Shown piece after piece: positions 27,622-37,150 of a stretch of 64,000 bases of DNA (position 1 is the first letter of the stretch; each line of letters starts with the position of its first letter). The stretch lies in contig JAFGQU010000004.1 of NCBI GenBank assembly GCA_016935525.1, positions 1,314 through 65,313 of the forward strand, given 5' to 3'. The notes under the pieces are model-generated. The model worked only from the letters and a program-made list of their open reading frames with translations, ran no database searches and was not told the DNA's origin. Both the position numbers and the translations under genes were made by a program. The stretch comes from Candidatus Omnitrophota bacterium. Its GTDB lineage: Bacteria > Omnitrophota > Gorgyraeia > Duberdicusellales > 4484-171.

Positions 27622-29055
27622 CTACCCTTTCACCGGAAAACACACATCACTTTTGACAGTCATCAGCCCTATCGCTGACCGCGCATATCGTGCGAATTCA
27701 TCAAAAGATTTTATATTGCATAACGTATCGATAAGATACCCGGGCCTAAAATAAAAAGACCGGTAGGCACGTATCGTAAAATCTTCTATTTGCTTTTCGG
27801 TCAGGCCGGTCCAGGGCGAAGGTAACCGTTCTTCACCGGCAACGCCTAATACGAATTCCCGCCAATAATCTCTTTTCATGATGACTTTCACCTGTTCATA
27901 CAGTTCGGTACACGGTTTTGCCATGACTTTATGAAACTGGGCATAATCGACTTTTAATTGTTCGGCGAAACGTATCGTTTTTTTCACGCTCTCTACCGTA
28001 TCTTCCGGCGCCCCGATCAGGAAAAATCCCAACGCTTTCATCCCCTTGGCTTTGGTCATAACGATTGCGCGTTGTATCTGGGCAATAGTGATCCCTTTTT
28101 TTATCGTATCGAGAATACGCTGGTCGCCCGATTCTATACCGTACAGAATTTTTTTAAAGCCGGTCCGGGCCATAATCGCTAACAACTCTTCATCTACCTG
28201 GTCAATCCGGGCCCGGCAGGAAAAGTGGATATCAAGTTTCCGGTTTTGTATCTCCCGACAGATCTCGATAATGCGTTGTCTATCGATGGTAAAACTGGGA
28301 TCGAATATATCGATCTCACGGATATTATATTTCCGGTAACATTGTTCGATCTCATCGGCCACGCCCACCGGCGAGCGGCAACTGTAAGGGGTATTCTGGA
28401 TATGACAGAACGAGCATTTACCGGGACAACCTTTACTGGTCATCAATATCGTGAAGTTTTTTCTTTTGGACATGACTTCCCGATAACACTGGTTAGGAAG
28501 CAGATGCCGGGCCGGAAAAGGCAACGTATTAAAATCTTCATAAAAACTTCCGGGATAATGGATAACGACTTTCCCGTTTTTTCGAAACACTATCCCTTCT
28601 ATATCTTCCAGAGAACCGTTTTTTTCTAAAGCCGAAAGCAGTTTAGGAAGAGAGTGTTGGGCCGAGCCGATAATCCCGTAATCGATCTCTTTATGGCTAA
28701 ACGTCTCCTCCGGGTAAAGCTGTAATTGGATATTCCCTACCAGTATCGGGGCGTTAAGATGTCTTTTGATATACTTTATCCAGGATAAGGTGAGTTGAAA
28801 AGTCCATACCGTAAGCATGAACCCGATCAGGTCGGGATTAAACTCCCGTAATATCTTCACTGTTTTTTCCTCACTGAACCTTAACGCATTCGCGTCTATA
28901 ATGATCACGGTATGGCCGGATTGTTCCATAATCGCCGCCGCATAGGCGAGCCCTAAAGGCGGCATAAGTCCGAATTCACGGCCGACCACATCGATATCTT
29001 CTTCGAACCGTCTATGCCGGTGGCTATAATGAGGAAATACAAGCGCGATGTTCAT
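27622..29055 (-). CDS. B12-binding radical SAM protein (HpnJ-like architecture).
   Basis: N-terminal B12-binding Rossmann region. The radical SAM motif is CPGKCSFC. 477 aa. Its stop overlaps the start of the YdjC-family gene. Confidence 0.7.
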   Translation of the reverse strand: MNIALVFPHYSHRHRRFEEDIDVVGREFGLMPPLGLAYAAAIMEQSGHTVIIIDANALRFSEEKTVKILREFNPDLIGFMLTVWTFQLTLSWIKYIKRHLNAPILVGNIQLQLYPEETFSHKEIDYGIIGSAQHSLPKLLSALEKNGSLEDIEGIVFRKNGKVVIHYPGSFYEDFNTLPFPARHLLPNQCYREVMSKRKNFTILMTSKGCPGKCSFCHIQNTPYSCRSPVGVADEIEQCYRKYNIREIDIFDPSFTIDRQRIIEICREIQNRKLDIHFSCRARIDQVDEELLAIMARTGFKKILYGIESGDQRILDTIKKGITIAQIQRAIVMTKAKGMKALGFFLIGAPEDTVESVKKTIRFAEQLKVDYAQFHKVMAKPCTELYEQVKVIMKRDYWREFVLGVAGEERLPSPWTGLTEKQIEDFTIRAYRSFYFRPGYLIDTLCNIKSFDEFARYARSAIGLMTVKSDVCFPVKG

Positions 29056-29876
29056 GCCGCTCTCTCTTCGGTCGATCCTATCTCATATTCAGCAATCATT
29101 TCCCGGACATCATCGGATAATAACGCATGCGTTTCCTGATCCCGGCTTTTACCCGGCGCGGTCCGATCAACGCGATGGCCGGGATGGACCATCAATTCAG
29201 TAACCCCTGGGGGTAATGAATGTAACATAGCAATTAAATCTTTTTTTTGCACACGACAGCTCCGGTCAAACCCTTTAAACCAGTTACTGGTCTGTAACCC
29301 CTTATTTTGAATTTTTTTTCTTAACTGGGCTGCGCAATATCGCACCGCCGCCCCTAACAGAGTCCGCCGTTCGGAATAAGGGCATCGTACGTAAGGGATC
29401 CCGTATTCTTGAGCGCACTCCAGCAGAAAATCGGTAAAAAAAGGGAAAAGATGAGTATGCTGATGACTGTCAAGATGGGTAAGGATAAACCCTTCCCTTT
29501 TTATCCGTTCGATCTGGGCTTCGACTTCTTGTTTCACCCTTACCATATCTATTTTGCCTAAAAAGAAATTTTTTATTATCTCCGGATACCGCGGGAAGAA
29601 AAAACCTTCGGGAGACGTGAGCCCTTTGATGGGTCCGGACAACGGTCTCCCTTCACCGACCAAGACAATATGTATCCCGATGGCACGGATCCCTTCTTCT
29701 TTTAAGAGAGCGAACGATTCGGGTATTCCCGCAATATCATGCGCGCACAGTGAAACGCGATGCACACTTCCGGCTTTATAACAGGCGATGATGTTTTTAT
29801 TGATTTCTTCAGCGAAACCATAATCATCGGCATTGATTATGATCCGTTTTGAACTATGAGGAGGTTCGACCGACAT
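29052..29876 (-). CDS. YdjC/ChbG/HpnK-family carbohydrate deacetylase.
   Basis: IINADDYGFAEEINKNI is the YdjC N-terminal metal-binding motif. The HLDSHQH motif follows. Confidence 0.75.
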   Translation of the reverse strand: MSVEPPHSSKRIIINADDYGFAEEINKNIIACYKAGSVHRVSLCAHDIAGIPESFALLKEEGIRAIGIHIVLVGEGRPLSGPIKGLTSPEGFFFPRYPEIIKNFFLGKIDMVRVKQEVEAQIERIKREGFILTHLDSHQHTHLFPFFTDFLLECAQEYGIPYVRCPYSERRTLLGAAVRYCAAQLRKKIQNKGLQTSNWFKGFDRSCRVQKKDLIAMLHSLPPGVTELMVHPGHRVDRTAPGKSRDQETHALLSDDVREMIAEYEIGSTEERAA

Positions 29877-29918
29877 GGTATACGTATTATAACAAAAAAC
29901 ATATATCCGGCCCGGATA

Positions 29919-30401
29919 CTATTCCTGCCGGACCCGAAGAGGAATATTGCCGCTTTTAAAATGTTTTTCGATCCATCCGTTTTTTATATCATCACGGGAA
30001 TCGAAATGCACCACATACGGCTTGATATCCAGTAAGGGCGTCCTGTCCAGCATATCGACCTGGGAAAAAGCGATGACGTTTTCCTCGATTTTCTCCAGTT
30101 TCACGATAGAGATCCCGATATGGTTCGGACGCAGGGGGCTTCTGGTGGCAAATACACCGTGCGATTCGTCTTCTAAAAACGGTTTGGCCACGGTCTTCTC
30201 TTCCTGAGCCCGGTTGAAATAATAAATAAGGATAAGATGAGAAAATCCTTCGATATCTTTCAATCCTTGTCTATATTCGGGAAACACCTCGATCAGGCCG
30301 ATTGTGTCTTTTTCGAATGTGCCCTGGATAGGCATCCCTTTATCATATTTATAGGGAGTATGGATCACTCCTATCGGTTTAAGTATGATCTCTTCTTTCA
30401 T
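29919..30401 (-). CDS. trmO: TrmO/TsaA-family tRNA (m6t6A37) methyltransferase (UPF0066).
   Basis: IGVIHTPY..RPNHIGISIV..LLDIKPY are conserved TsaA-like motifs. Confidence 0.7.
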   Translation of the reverse strand: MKEEIILKPIGVIHTPYKYDKGMPIQGTFEKDTIGLIEVFPEYRQGLKDIEGFSHLILIYYFNRAQEEKTVAKPFLEDESHGVFATRSPLRPNHIGISIVKLEKIEENVIAFSQVDMLDRTPLLDIKPYVVHFDSRDDIKNGWIEKHFKSGNIPLRVRQE

Positions 30402-30431
30402 GTTTGACGCTTTCTGAGTACTCCAGGGGGA

Positions 30432-30890
30432 CTATTCCATCTTAAGAGATTCCACAAGCGCGCTTATCGCATCTTGAATATCTTTTTCAATAGAGAGTTT
30501 CGCCTGAAGATGGAAAAAAAATAAGAAAACGAAAAAGATGGTAACCGTTATCTTCCCGATTTTCTTACGGGGAAGCATCCAGCCGGCAATCGCGCCCATG
30601 ATGATCCAGTAGAGAAATACGATCAACGTAACAAAAGGTTCCGAAATAGGTTGCGGCATACGCAATACGAACAGTACCGGTACCGAAGCAAAAAACAGTA
30701 TGATACCGTCGAGGCCTAACTTTTCGGCAATACCGAAGACCCCCAGGATCATCAACAACCCACCCCCCCCTAATCCGCAGAGCGCGCCTTTTATCCACGA
30801 ATACGTAACTATTTTCATACCAAGGCCATCCTTTCCGGTCAAGCTAACTGTATCGTACGATGTACATCGAATTCTACGCCGGCCTCCCAC
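30432..30890 (-). CDS. Hypothetical membrane protein.
   Basis: Four predicted TM helices and no recognisable motif. Confidence 0.3.
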   Translation of the reverse strand: MGGRRRIRCTSYDTVSLTGKDGLGMKIVTYSWIKGALCGLGGGGLLMILGVFGIAEKLGLDGIILFFASVPVLFVLRMPQPISEPFVTLIVFLYWIIMGAIAGWMLPRKKIGKITVTIFFVFLFFFHLQAKLSIEKDIQDAISALVESLKME

Positions 30891-31189
30891 AGCCCTTTCT
30901 CTACTTCTCTACACCATCTCACCTTTACGTTTTTCTGTACCGGGTTACGGATATAAGAAGATCGTACGGCAATCGAGATCCTCTCACCCACAGAAAGAGG
31001 GAGATTAAGTACTATCTTCATCCCTCTTACCGAAACATCCTTCACTTCCGCGGGTTTTTCCACTACTCCGTCCCGGGAAACCTGCGCTGAAACTTCCATG
31101 CCTAACCGGGTATACGCGCGGCGATATTTACTGTATGTTCTGCGATATACCGGGAGAAAACTTTTATCGGTCTCTGAACGTGTATTCAT
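30839..31189 (-). CDS. PilZ-domain protein (c-di-GMP receptor).
   Basis: The RxxxR motif is YRRAYTR and the D/NxSxxG motif is DVSVRGMKI. Confidence 0.55.
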   Translation of the reverse strand: MNTRSETDKSFLPVYRRTYSKYRRAYTRLGMEVSAQVSRDGVVEKPAEVKDVSVRGMKIVLNLPLSVGERISIAVRSSYIRNPVQKNVKVRWCREVEKGLWEAGVEFDVHRTIQLA

Positions 31190-31261
31190 ACCCCTCCCTT
31201 TTTTCTCCCCTTGTATCGGTGGCGATTCCGGAATACTTTCTTTCCCCGAAAACAGAACGAC

Positions 31262-32950
31262 TTATCCCAGCGATGCGACTTTCTGCTCCAGCTCGATCAT
31301 TTTCGTCGAAACATACCGGTTTACCATGCCCCGTTCCAATACCCCTACTACGCGTTTTTCTTCAGTCACTACCGGAAGATAATCCAGATTACACTTATCC
31401 ATCATTTCCCGGGCTTCACTGATAGGGATATGAGAAGGAATGTCCGGAGGCGGGGGATCCATGATATCGTGAGCGACAAAAATGTGTCCCAAGTCGTGAT
31501 ACTGGAAGCTTCGGCGGATACTTTCTACGGTAATCACGCCGGCTAACCGCTCACCGGTCTCTACTACCGGGTAATACAGGCATTCGTGCTGGCTGAAAAT
31601 ATCAAGGATGTCGGTCAACGGAATATTCTTGTACATCAACGGATAATTCTTATCCATCACGTCTTCTACTCTGGCTTTACGTAATATGTCCTCTTCGGTA
31701 ATATTTAATCCCACTTCCTGCGCTTTTTCTACGGCATACTTGACCGAAGTCGGCCCGAGTAATTGGACCACAAACGTAGATGCGGTAATAATGATCACGA
31801 TAGAAAGGCCGATATCTCCGGGGAAAGCGTGATAGGCTACTATAGACAATCCGATAGCGACCCCGGCCTGGCTGAAAAGACAAAACGGTAAATATTTCTG
31901 GACTGTACTGGGAGCGCCGGAGAATCGCCCGCCTAACATCGCACCGACCATCTTTCCTATCGTCCGGCCGATAAGATAAATACTGGCAATGGCGATCACC
32001 GGTAAGGTCATGTTATGCATATTGAGTTTTGCCCCGATAAGGACAAAAAATAACACGTAAAGAGGCGAAGCGAATGAAGAGACTAACTTGAATACCTCTT
32101 TACTCATCCGCGGCACGCAATTGACCACGACCGTACCTAACGCCATCGCCGCAAGCAGCATATCCACTTTTATCGCCAAAGAAAAACCCAGCACAAACAG
32201 TACCGCGCCTAAGGAAAACGCAAGGACCCGTTCCCGTTCGGTATATTTACGGATCATCTTAGAAAGGCTCAGGCCGGCAAGCGTTCCCACCACGATTGCG
32301 CCGCCTATTTCATACAACGGATGCACGAGTGCCGGGATAAACCCTTCGGTACTTTGTCCCAAAAGTTTTGCCGCGATACTTGAGGCAATCGCAAAAAGCA
32401 TAAGCGCTAATCCGTCATCCATCGCGACGATCCCTAAGACCATCGTCGTAAGCGGCCCGCGGGTCTTATATTCCCATAACACGTCCGTCGTTGCCGCCGG
32501 CGCGGTCGCCGATGAAATCGCCCCTAAGAGCAATCCCAACGCCCAGTAATACGTCCCCTGGCCGAAGAACAAGGTACCCAGAAACCCCACCAGAAGAAAC
32601 ACAACGATAAAGGCGATAAGTCCTTCCGACAATAAAATAATGGCAAACTGTTTCCCGTAGCGTTTAAATACCTCTCTCTTCAATTCTCCGCCGATAGCGA
32701 ACCCAATCAATCCTAACGCGAAATAGTTGAACGGCTGCATGGTCTCGATAATCTCTTTATCGATAATGTTAAACCCGGTCTGTCCGACGACAATACCGAT
32801 GATAATATAACCGACCACCTGAGGGATCTTGAGTTTCTGGAATACCCGTCCGCCGATCGTTCCCCCGAAAAGGGCAAGACCTAAAAGCAGAAGTATATTC
32901 AGGTCGAAAAAGGATATCCGGGTAAATAGAGGGGAAACCTGTTCAAACAT
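31262..32950 (-). CDS. Monovalent cation:proton antiporter (CPA family) with a C-terminal CBS pair.
   Basis: Na_H_exchanger-type N-terminus (LLLGLALFGGTIGGRVFQKLKIPQVVGYIIIGIVVG). Two C-terminal CBS motifs. Confidence 0.75.
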   Translation of the reverse strand: MFEQVSPLFTRISFFDLNILLLLGLALFGGTIGGRVFQKLKIPQVVGYIIIGIVVGQTGFNIIDKEIIETMQPFNYFALGLIGFAIGGELKREVFKRYGKQFAIILLSEGLIAFIVVFLLVGFLGTLFFGQGTYYWALGLLLGAISSATAPAATTDVLWEYKTRGPLTTMVLGIVAMDDGLALMLFAIASSIAAKLLGQSTEGFIPALVHPLYEIGGAIVVGTLAGLSLSKMIRKYTERERVLAFSLGAVLFVLGFSLAIKVDMLLAAMALGTVVVNCVPRMSKEVFKLVSSFASPLYVLFFVLIGAKLNMHNMTLPVIAIASIYLIGRTIGKMVGAMLGGRFSGAPSTVQKYLPFCLFSQAGVAIGLSIVAYHAFPGDIGLSIVIIITASTFVVQLLGPTSVKYAVEKAQEVGLNITEEDILRKARVEDVMDKNYPLMYKNIPLTDILDIFSQHECLYYPVVETGERLAGVITVESIRRSFQYHDLGHIFVAHDIMDPPPPDIPSHIPISEAREMMDKCNLDYLPVVTEEKRVVGVLERGMVNRYVSTKMIELEQKVASLG

Positions 32951-33185
32951 GTTTCTTTAGTCGTTGTTATCGGGTGACGGGTATCGGGTTTCGGGTACCG
33001 GTGAAAATTCCAATTTTTTTCTACACCCTATACCCGGCCCCCTATGGCATGACCAGAGATTATAGACTCGTCCCCAAGTATCAGGCTATTATATCAAAAA
33101 GACACCGTTTGGTAAGGATTCTTCCGGAAACTATTTTTGCGGCATTCATAGGTATGAACAGTCAACGGTTCGGGGGCGGCCCTAT

Positions 33186-33815
33186 TTAGAAAATCCCGAA
33201 TAATAACGCGATCAACCGGTAGATGATGTTCTGTATGAAATCTATTATCGGATACAAAAAACCGGTAAACAACAGGATTATGATTACAAAAAACCCGTAA
33301 GGTTCGAACGCGGCAAAACTGCGTTGAATATCCGGGGGCAGGAATCCCATAAGCACTTTCGAACCGTCAAGCGGAGGTATCGGTATCAGATTGAACGCCC
33401 CTAAGATGATATTGATCCGGGCGACGACAGAAAGGATCGTCACGGCGGCCTGATTACCCAGTATTGACGGAAACTGCAGCAAAAAGAGCGCGACCGTCGC
33501 GATAAGGATATTGGTCAGGCATCCCGCGAGAGAAACGGCGACAAACGCGGCCCGGGAATTTTTTAACGCGTAATAGTTCACCGGGACCGGCTTGGCCCAA
33601 CCGAACCCGGCCACAAACAGCATCAAGGTCCCCATCGGATCAAGATGATTGAACGGATTAAGCGACAATCTTCCGGCATCTTTTGCCGTCGTATCGCCGA
33701 ACCATCCGGCGACAACCCCATGCGCTAATTCATGAGCGATCACCGAATAGAGTAACGGGAACGCCAGAATAATAAATGCCACCGGATTATGGAGTAATAG
33801 CGAAAGTAATCCCAT
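33186..33815 (-). CDS. Site-2 protease family M50 zinc metalloprotease.
   Basis: HELAHG is the HExxH motif within a TM helix. A downstream NxxPxxxxDG-type motif is LNPFNHLDPMG. Confidence 0.65.
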   Translation of the reverse strand: MGLLSLLLHNPVAFIILAFPLLYSVIAHELAHGVVAGWFGDTTAKDAGRLSLNPFNHLDPMGTLMLFVAGFGWAKPVPVNYYALKNSRAAFVAVSLAGCLTNILIATVALFLLQFPSILGNQAAVTILSVVARINIILGAFNLIPIPPLDGSKVLMGFLPPDIQRSFAAFEPYGFFVIIILLFTGFLYPIIDFIQNIIYRLIALLFGIF

Positions 33816-33854
33816 AAATAATATTGTTTCTCTTTAAATCTCTTCGGTCGGATT

Positions 33855-34979
33855 TTACTTTTTATTCCCGTTCCCGTTATCGTTTATCTTCAGTTTACTG
33901 TTATCCATAACTATCTTCTCGACTTCGGCGAGCAATTTCGGTTTAATGTAATGGCTGATGGTAACGGTAGAATTCTCTTTCCATACCTGGTTCTTCTTAT
34001 CGAACCGTTTATGCCCCAAGCGTTCGGCGATCTCGAGGTATAACTCACGGATATCCTCTTTGGTGGCTTCTTTTCTGGTCTTAAGGAAATATTTTACCCG
34101 GGCAGTCGCGAAATACGACCTCACGATATGCGGAAAAAATTCTTTACCGCAGTACCGTTTGAACGCTTCGCGGAAATGGATATCCTGCAGGGGCCGGCGC
34201 GTATGTCCGTTTATAAATACATATTCGTTTCTTTTCTTACTTTTAAGTATTTTCCGTAATCTCTCTATGTAGATGTCGGGAAACCGCCGTTTGATCTCGA
34301 TAGGGACGCCGTCTTTTCCGATATAATTAAAGGTCACCTGGTTTTTCCGGATCGTGATATCTTTTTTCTTAAGCGTAGTCAATCCTTTATGTCCGCTGGT
34401 CTTATAATAGATCTCGTTGCCGATACGCATATACGTCTTAAGCAGAGTATACATCGGCACGGCCATGGCATCTTCGGGATCGTGGAGCGCCCGGCGCAGG
34501 TTTTTTCGGAGTTTACGGAAATACCGTTCAAAATCTTTTACTACCTGATATTTCCTTTTTACAAGTTCTTTCTTTTTCTCAAGCGTATAGACATAAGAGT
34601 AGGTCCCGCCGGGATTCTTGTAAAGGACATTCCAATGGTAATTCGAGTTCTCGTTATGGATGGTCAGTTCCGGAGAGAACAGAGAAAAGGCTTTATCCAG
34701 CTTTTTGCCGTTCGGCAGCACGTTGATCCGGGCCCCTTGAGGCTGTCCGTCAGGAGACAACTGGCCCTTAAGAAATTCGGGATTTTTTTTATCGATAAGG
34801 GCGCTGAACCGTTTATGCGCTTTGAAAAGCTTAATGACCAGGAGTGCTTCGGGAAAAGTCCGGGATGATCTTTTCCACCCTTTTCTACTTCTCTCATATA
34901 CCTTAAGCCCCACAGCCTTTATGCGGACCGTCCCGGGGAGAGTTATCTTCACTTTCATCTTTTTCTTCCGTTTTTTCAT
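33855..34979 (-). CDS. Eukaryotic/poxvirus-type DNA topoisomerase IB.
   Basis: RIGNEIYYKTSGHKGLTTL matches the conserved TopIB (R/K)xGNE..G..L core. Further basic catalytic residues are present. A SHY tyrosine lies near the C-terminus. Lys-rich tails. Confidence 0.55.
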   Translation of the reverse strand: MKKRKKKMKVKITLPGTVRIKAVGLKVYERSRKGWKRSSRTFPEALLVIKLFKAHKRFSALIDKKNPEFLKGQLSPDGQPQGARINVLPNGKKLDKAFSLFSPELTIHNENSNYHWNVLYKNPGGTYSYVYTLEKKKELVKRKYQVVKDFERYFRKLRKNLRRALHDPEDAMAVPMYTLLKTYMRIGNEIYYKTSGHKGLTTLKKKDITIRKNQVTFNYIGKDGVPIEIKRRFPDIYIERLRKILKSKKRNEYVFINGHTRRPLQDIHFREAFKRYCGKEFFPHIVRSYFATARVKYFLKTRKEATKEDIRELYLEIAERLGHKRFDKKNQVWKENSTVTISHYIKPKLLAEVEKIVMDNSKLKINDNGNGNKK

Positions 34980-34987
34980 AGGAAAAG

Positions 34988-35257
34988 TTACCGACTTACC
35001 AGCTTTTCTTTCTGGGCGCGCGTCATCCTTTTGATCCGTGATTCCTCACGCATCGCGTTTTTAAGATAGGTATATTCTTTTCTCCACACAAGCTCGACCG
35101 GCAATCTCGCGCGGGTACAGCGCGAGGCTTTTGCGGCATTATGTTCCTCTACACGCCGGTTGAGATCATTCGTATATCCGGTATAGTAGGCGCCGTCGTT
35201 ACATTTTAAGATATATACATAAAATTTCCCCGATCGCACCACTTTCCGCTTTTTCAT
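34988..35257 (-). CDS. GIY-YIG nuclease-domain protein (UPF0213-like).
   Basis: KFYVYILKCNDGAYYTGYTNDLNRRVEEHN is a GIY..YIG..R..E..N core. Confidence 0.65.
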   Translation of the reverse strand: MKKRKVVRSGKFYVYILKCNDGAYYTGYTNDLNRRVEEHNAAKASRCTRARLPVELVWRKEYTYLKNAMREESRIKRMTRAQKEKLVSR

Positions 35258-35287
35258 TTTATCATAATTCCGATTTGATTGGGATTG

Positions 35288-35539
35288 TTATATCACTCTG
35301 GTCACTGCCGGATGAGCGCTTAACGCGGCATAAATCCGATTACGGACAGCTTCGGTCTCGACCGATACCGTCAATTCAAGCGAGATATATTTCCCTTTAC
35401 TGCTGATATTGGAAAACGAAAGATCATAGTCTCTTTGACCAAGGATATCTTCGACGGCGCATTTGATCGACTCCCCGTCGGTCCCGATGATCCGATACCC
35501 CCATTGGCAGGGATATTCTATTTTTGAGTTTTTCATCAT
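35288..35539 (-). CDS. DUF493/YbeD-family protein.
   Basis: YPCQWGYRIIG signature. 83 aa. Confidence 0.5.
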   Translation of the reverse strand: MMKNSKIEYPCQWGYRIIGTDGESIKCAVEDILGQRDYDLSFSNISSKGKYISLELTVSVETEAVRNRIYAALSAHPAVTRVI

Positions 35540-35598
35540 ATTTTTTTGCCGGCTGACGATGTAATGGGAAAAGACCCGGATTCGGGAAGAAAGATTTT

Positions 35599-37101
35599 TT
35601 AACGGGCCCGCTGAGTTTTTTTAGTCAATTCACTTAAATATTTTTTTACCGGAAGGCCGATCTCCTCGGCACGCAGGCGCCATTCCCAGTTGCCTTTAGC
35701 CACCGAGGGGACATTCATCCGGCAATCTTCTCCCAACCCCAGTATATCCTGAATGGGAAAAATAACGGTATTGGCCCGGGAATCCATGATCCGGCCGATA
35801 AATTCTTGCGCGACCCCCTCCGGCGTCGCCTCGGCTCCTAAAAATTCACCTACTCTACGCAGCTCTTCTTCACCGGCTTCATGTTCAAACCATCCCCGCG
35901 CGGTATTATTGTCATGCGTACCGGTATAAGCAATACAATTTTTCTCGTAATTCCGCGGCAAATAAGGATGCCGGGGATTATCTTCGCCAAAAGCGAACAA
36001 AAGGACTTTCATTCCGGGCAGTTTGAACTTTTTCATTATTTCTCTCACATCGTCAGTGATCAAGCCTAAGTCTTCGGCAATGATCGGTAACGGCGAGAAC
36101 TCACTCCTCAATGTGTTGAGGAAACTTTCAATCGGGGCCTTTACCCATTCTCCGTTGATAGCGGTCGTCTCCCCGGCAGGGACCTGCCAGTACGCGACTA
36201 ATCCCCGGAAATGATCGATCCTTACAATATCAAAAACACTCAAGTTATGTTCCATACGGGTCATCCACCAGGTAAACCTTTTTTGTTTCATCACGTTCCA
36301 TCTATACAGAGGATTACCCCAAAGCTGGCCGGTCGAGCTGAAATAATCCGGGGGAACTCCGGCAACATGCGTCGGTTTTTTCTGAGCGTCTAATTTGAAC
36401 ACACCCGTACTCTTCCATACCTCAGCGCTGTCGTAACTGACATAGATAGGCATATCGCCGATGATCTTTACCCCTTTCTTTTTACAATATTTCTTAAGCG
36501 CATACCACTGGCGGAAAAATATGAACTGCAGGAATTTTTCTTTTTCGATCTCACCGGAATGCTGTTTTTTGAATTCATTGAGGTCTTTTGTTTTGCGATC
36601 CCGCAAGCTTTCCGGCCACCCGTCCCAGGATTTTCCGCCCAATACCCGTTTGATCACTACAAATAAAGCGTAATCTTCGAGCCAGTAAGAATGCTGAGTA
36701 CAGAATTTTTCATATTCCGGCAGTCTCTTTTTTTGTGAGGAAAATTTCTCAAAAGCACGGCTATATAACCGCATTTTATACTCGGTGACCGCGGCATACT
36801 CGCATCGCCGGGCGGGAAAATCCGGCAGAGGCTCTATCTCATCCGGTGAGAGAAATTGTTCTTTGATAAGCAGGTCCGGACTGATAAAAAGAATATTACC
36901 GGCAAACGCGGAATTACTGCTGTAGGGAGAATTCCCGCAGGCTGCATCGGTAGGGTTTAACGGTAATATCTGCCAATAACTCTGCCGGGCCTCACTAAGG
37001 AAATCGACAAACGTATAGGCGTCAGGACCGAAATCACCGATACCGTATCTTGAAGGCAATGAAGAAATATGCAGGAGTATCCCGCTTGCCCTTTTTTTCA
37101 T
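35599..37101 (-). CDS. malQ: 4-alpha-glucanotransferase (amylomaltase, GH77).
   Basis: The MKKRASGILLHISSLPSRYGIGDFG N-terminus is typical. 500 aa. Confidence 0.85.
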   Translation of the reverse strand: MKKRASGILLHISSLPSRYGIGDFGPDAYTFVDFLSEARQSYWQILPLNPTDAACGNSPYSSNSAFAGNILFISPDLLIKEQFLSPDEIEPLPDFPARRCEYAAVTEYKMRLYSRAFEKFSSQKKRLPEYEKFCTQHSYWLEDYALFVVIKRVLGGKSWDGWPESLRDRKTKDLNEFKKQHSGEIEKEKFLQFIFFRQWYALKKYCKKKGVKIIGDMPIYVSYDSAEVWKSTGVFKLDAQKKPTHVAGVPPDYFSSTGQLWGNPLYRWNVMKQKRFTWWMTRMEHNLSVFDIVRIDHFRGLVAYWQVPAGETTAINGEWVKAPIESFLNTLRSEFSPLPIIAEDLGLITDDVREIMKKFKLPGMKVLLFAFGEDNPRHPYLPRNYEKNCIAYTGTHDNNTARGWFEHEAGEEELRRVGEFLGAEATPEGVAQEFIGRIMDSRANTVIFPIQDILGLGEDCRMNVPSVAKGNWEWRLRAEEIGLPVKKYLSELTKKTQRAR

Positions 37102-37150
37102 TTTTGTTCTCCTTACGCCGCAGACCGACCAAGTTTAAGAGATACCTAGA

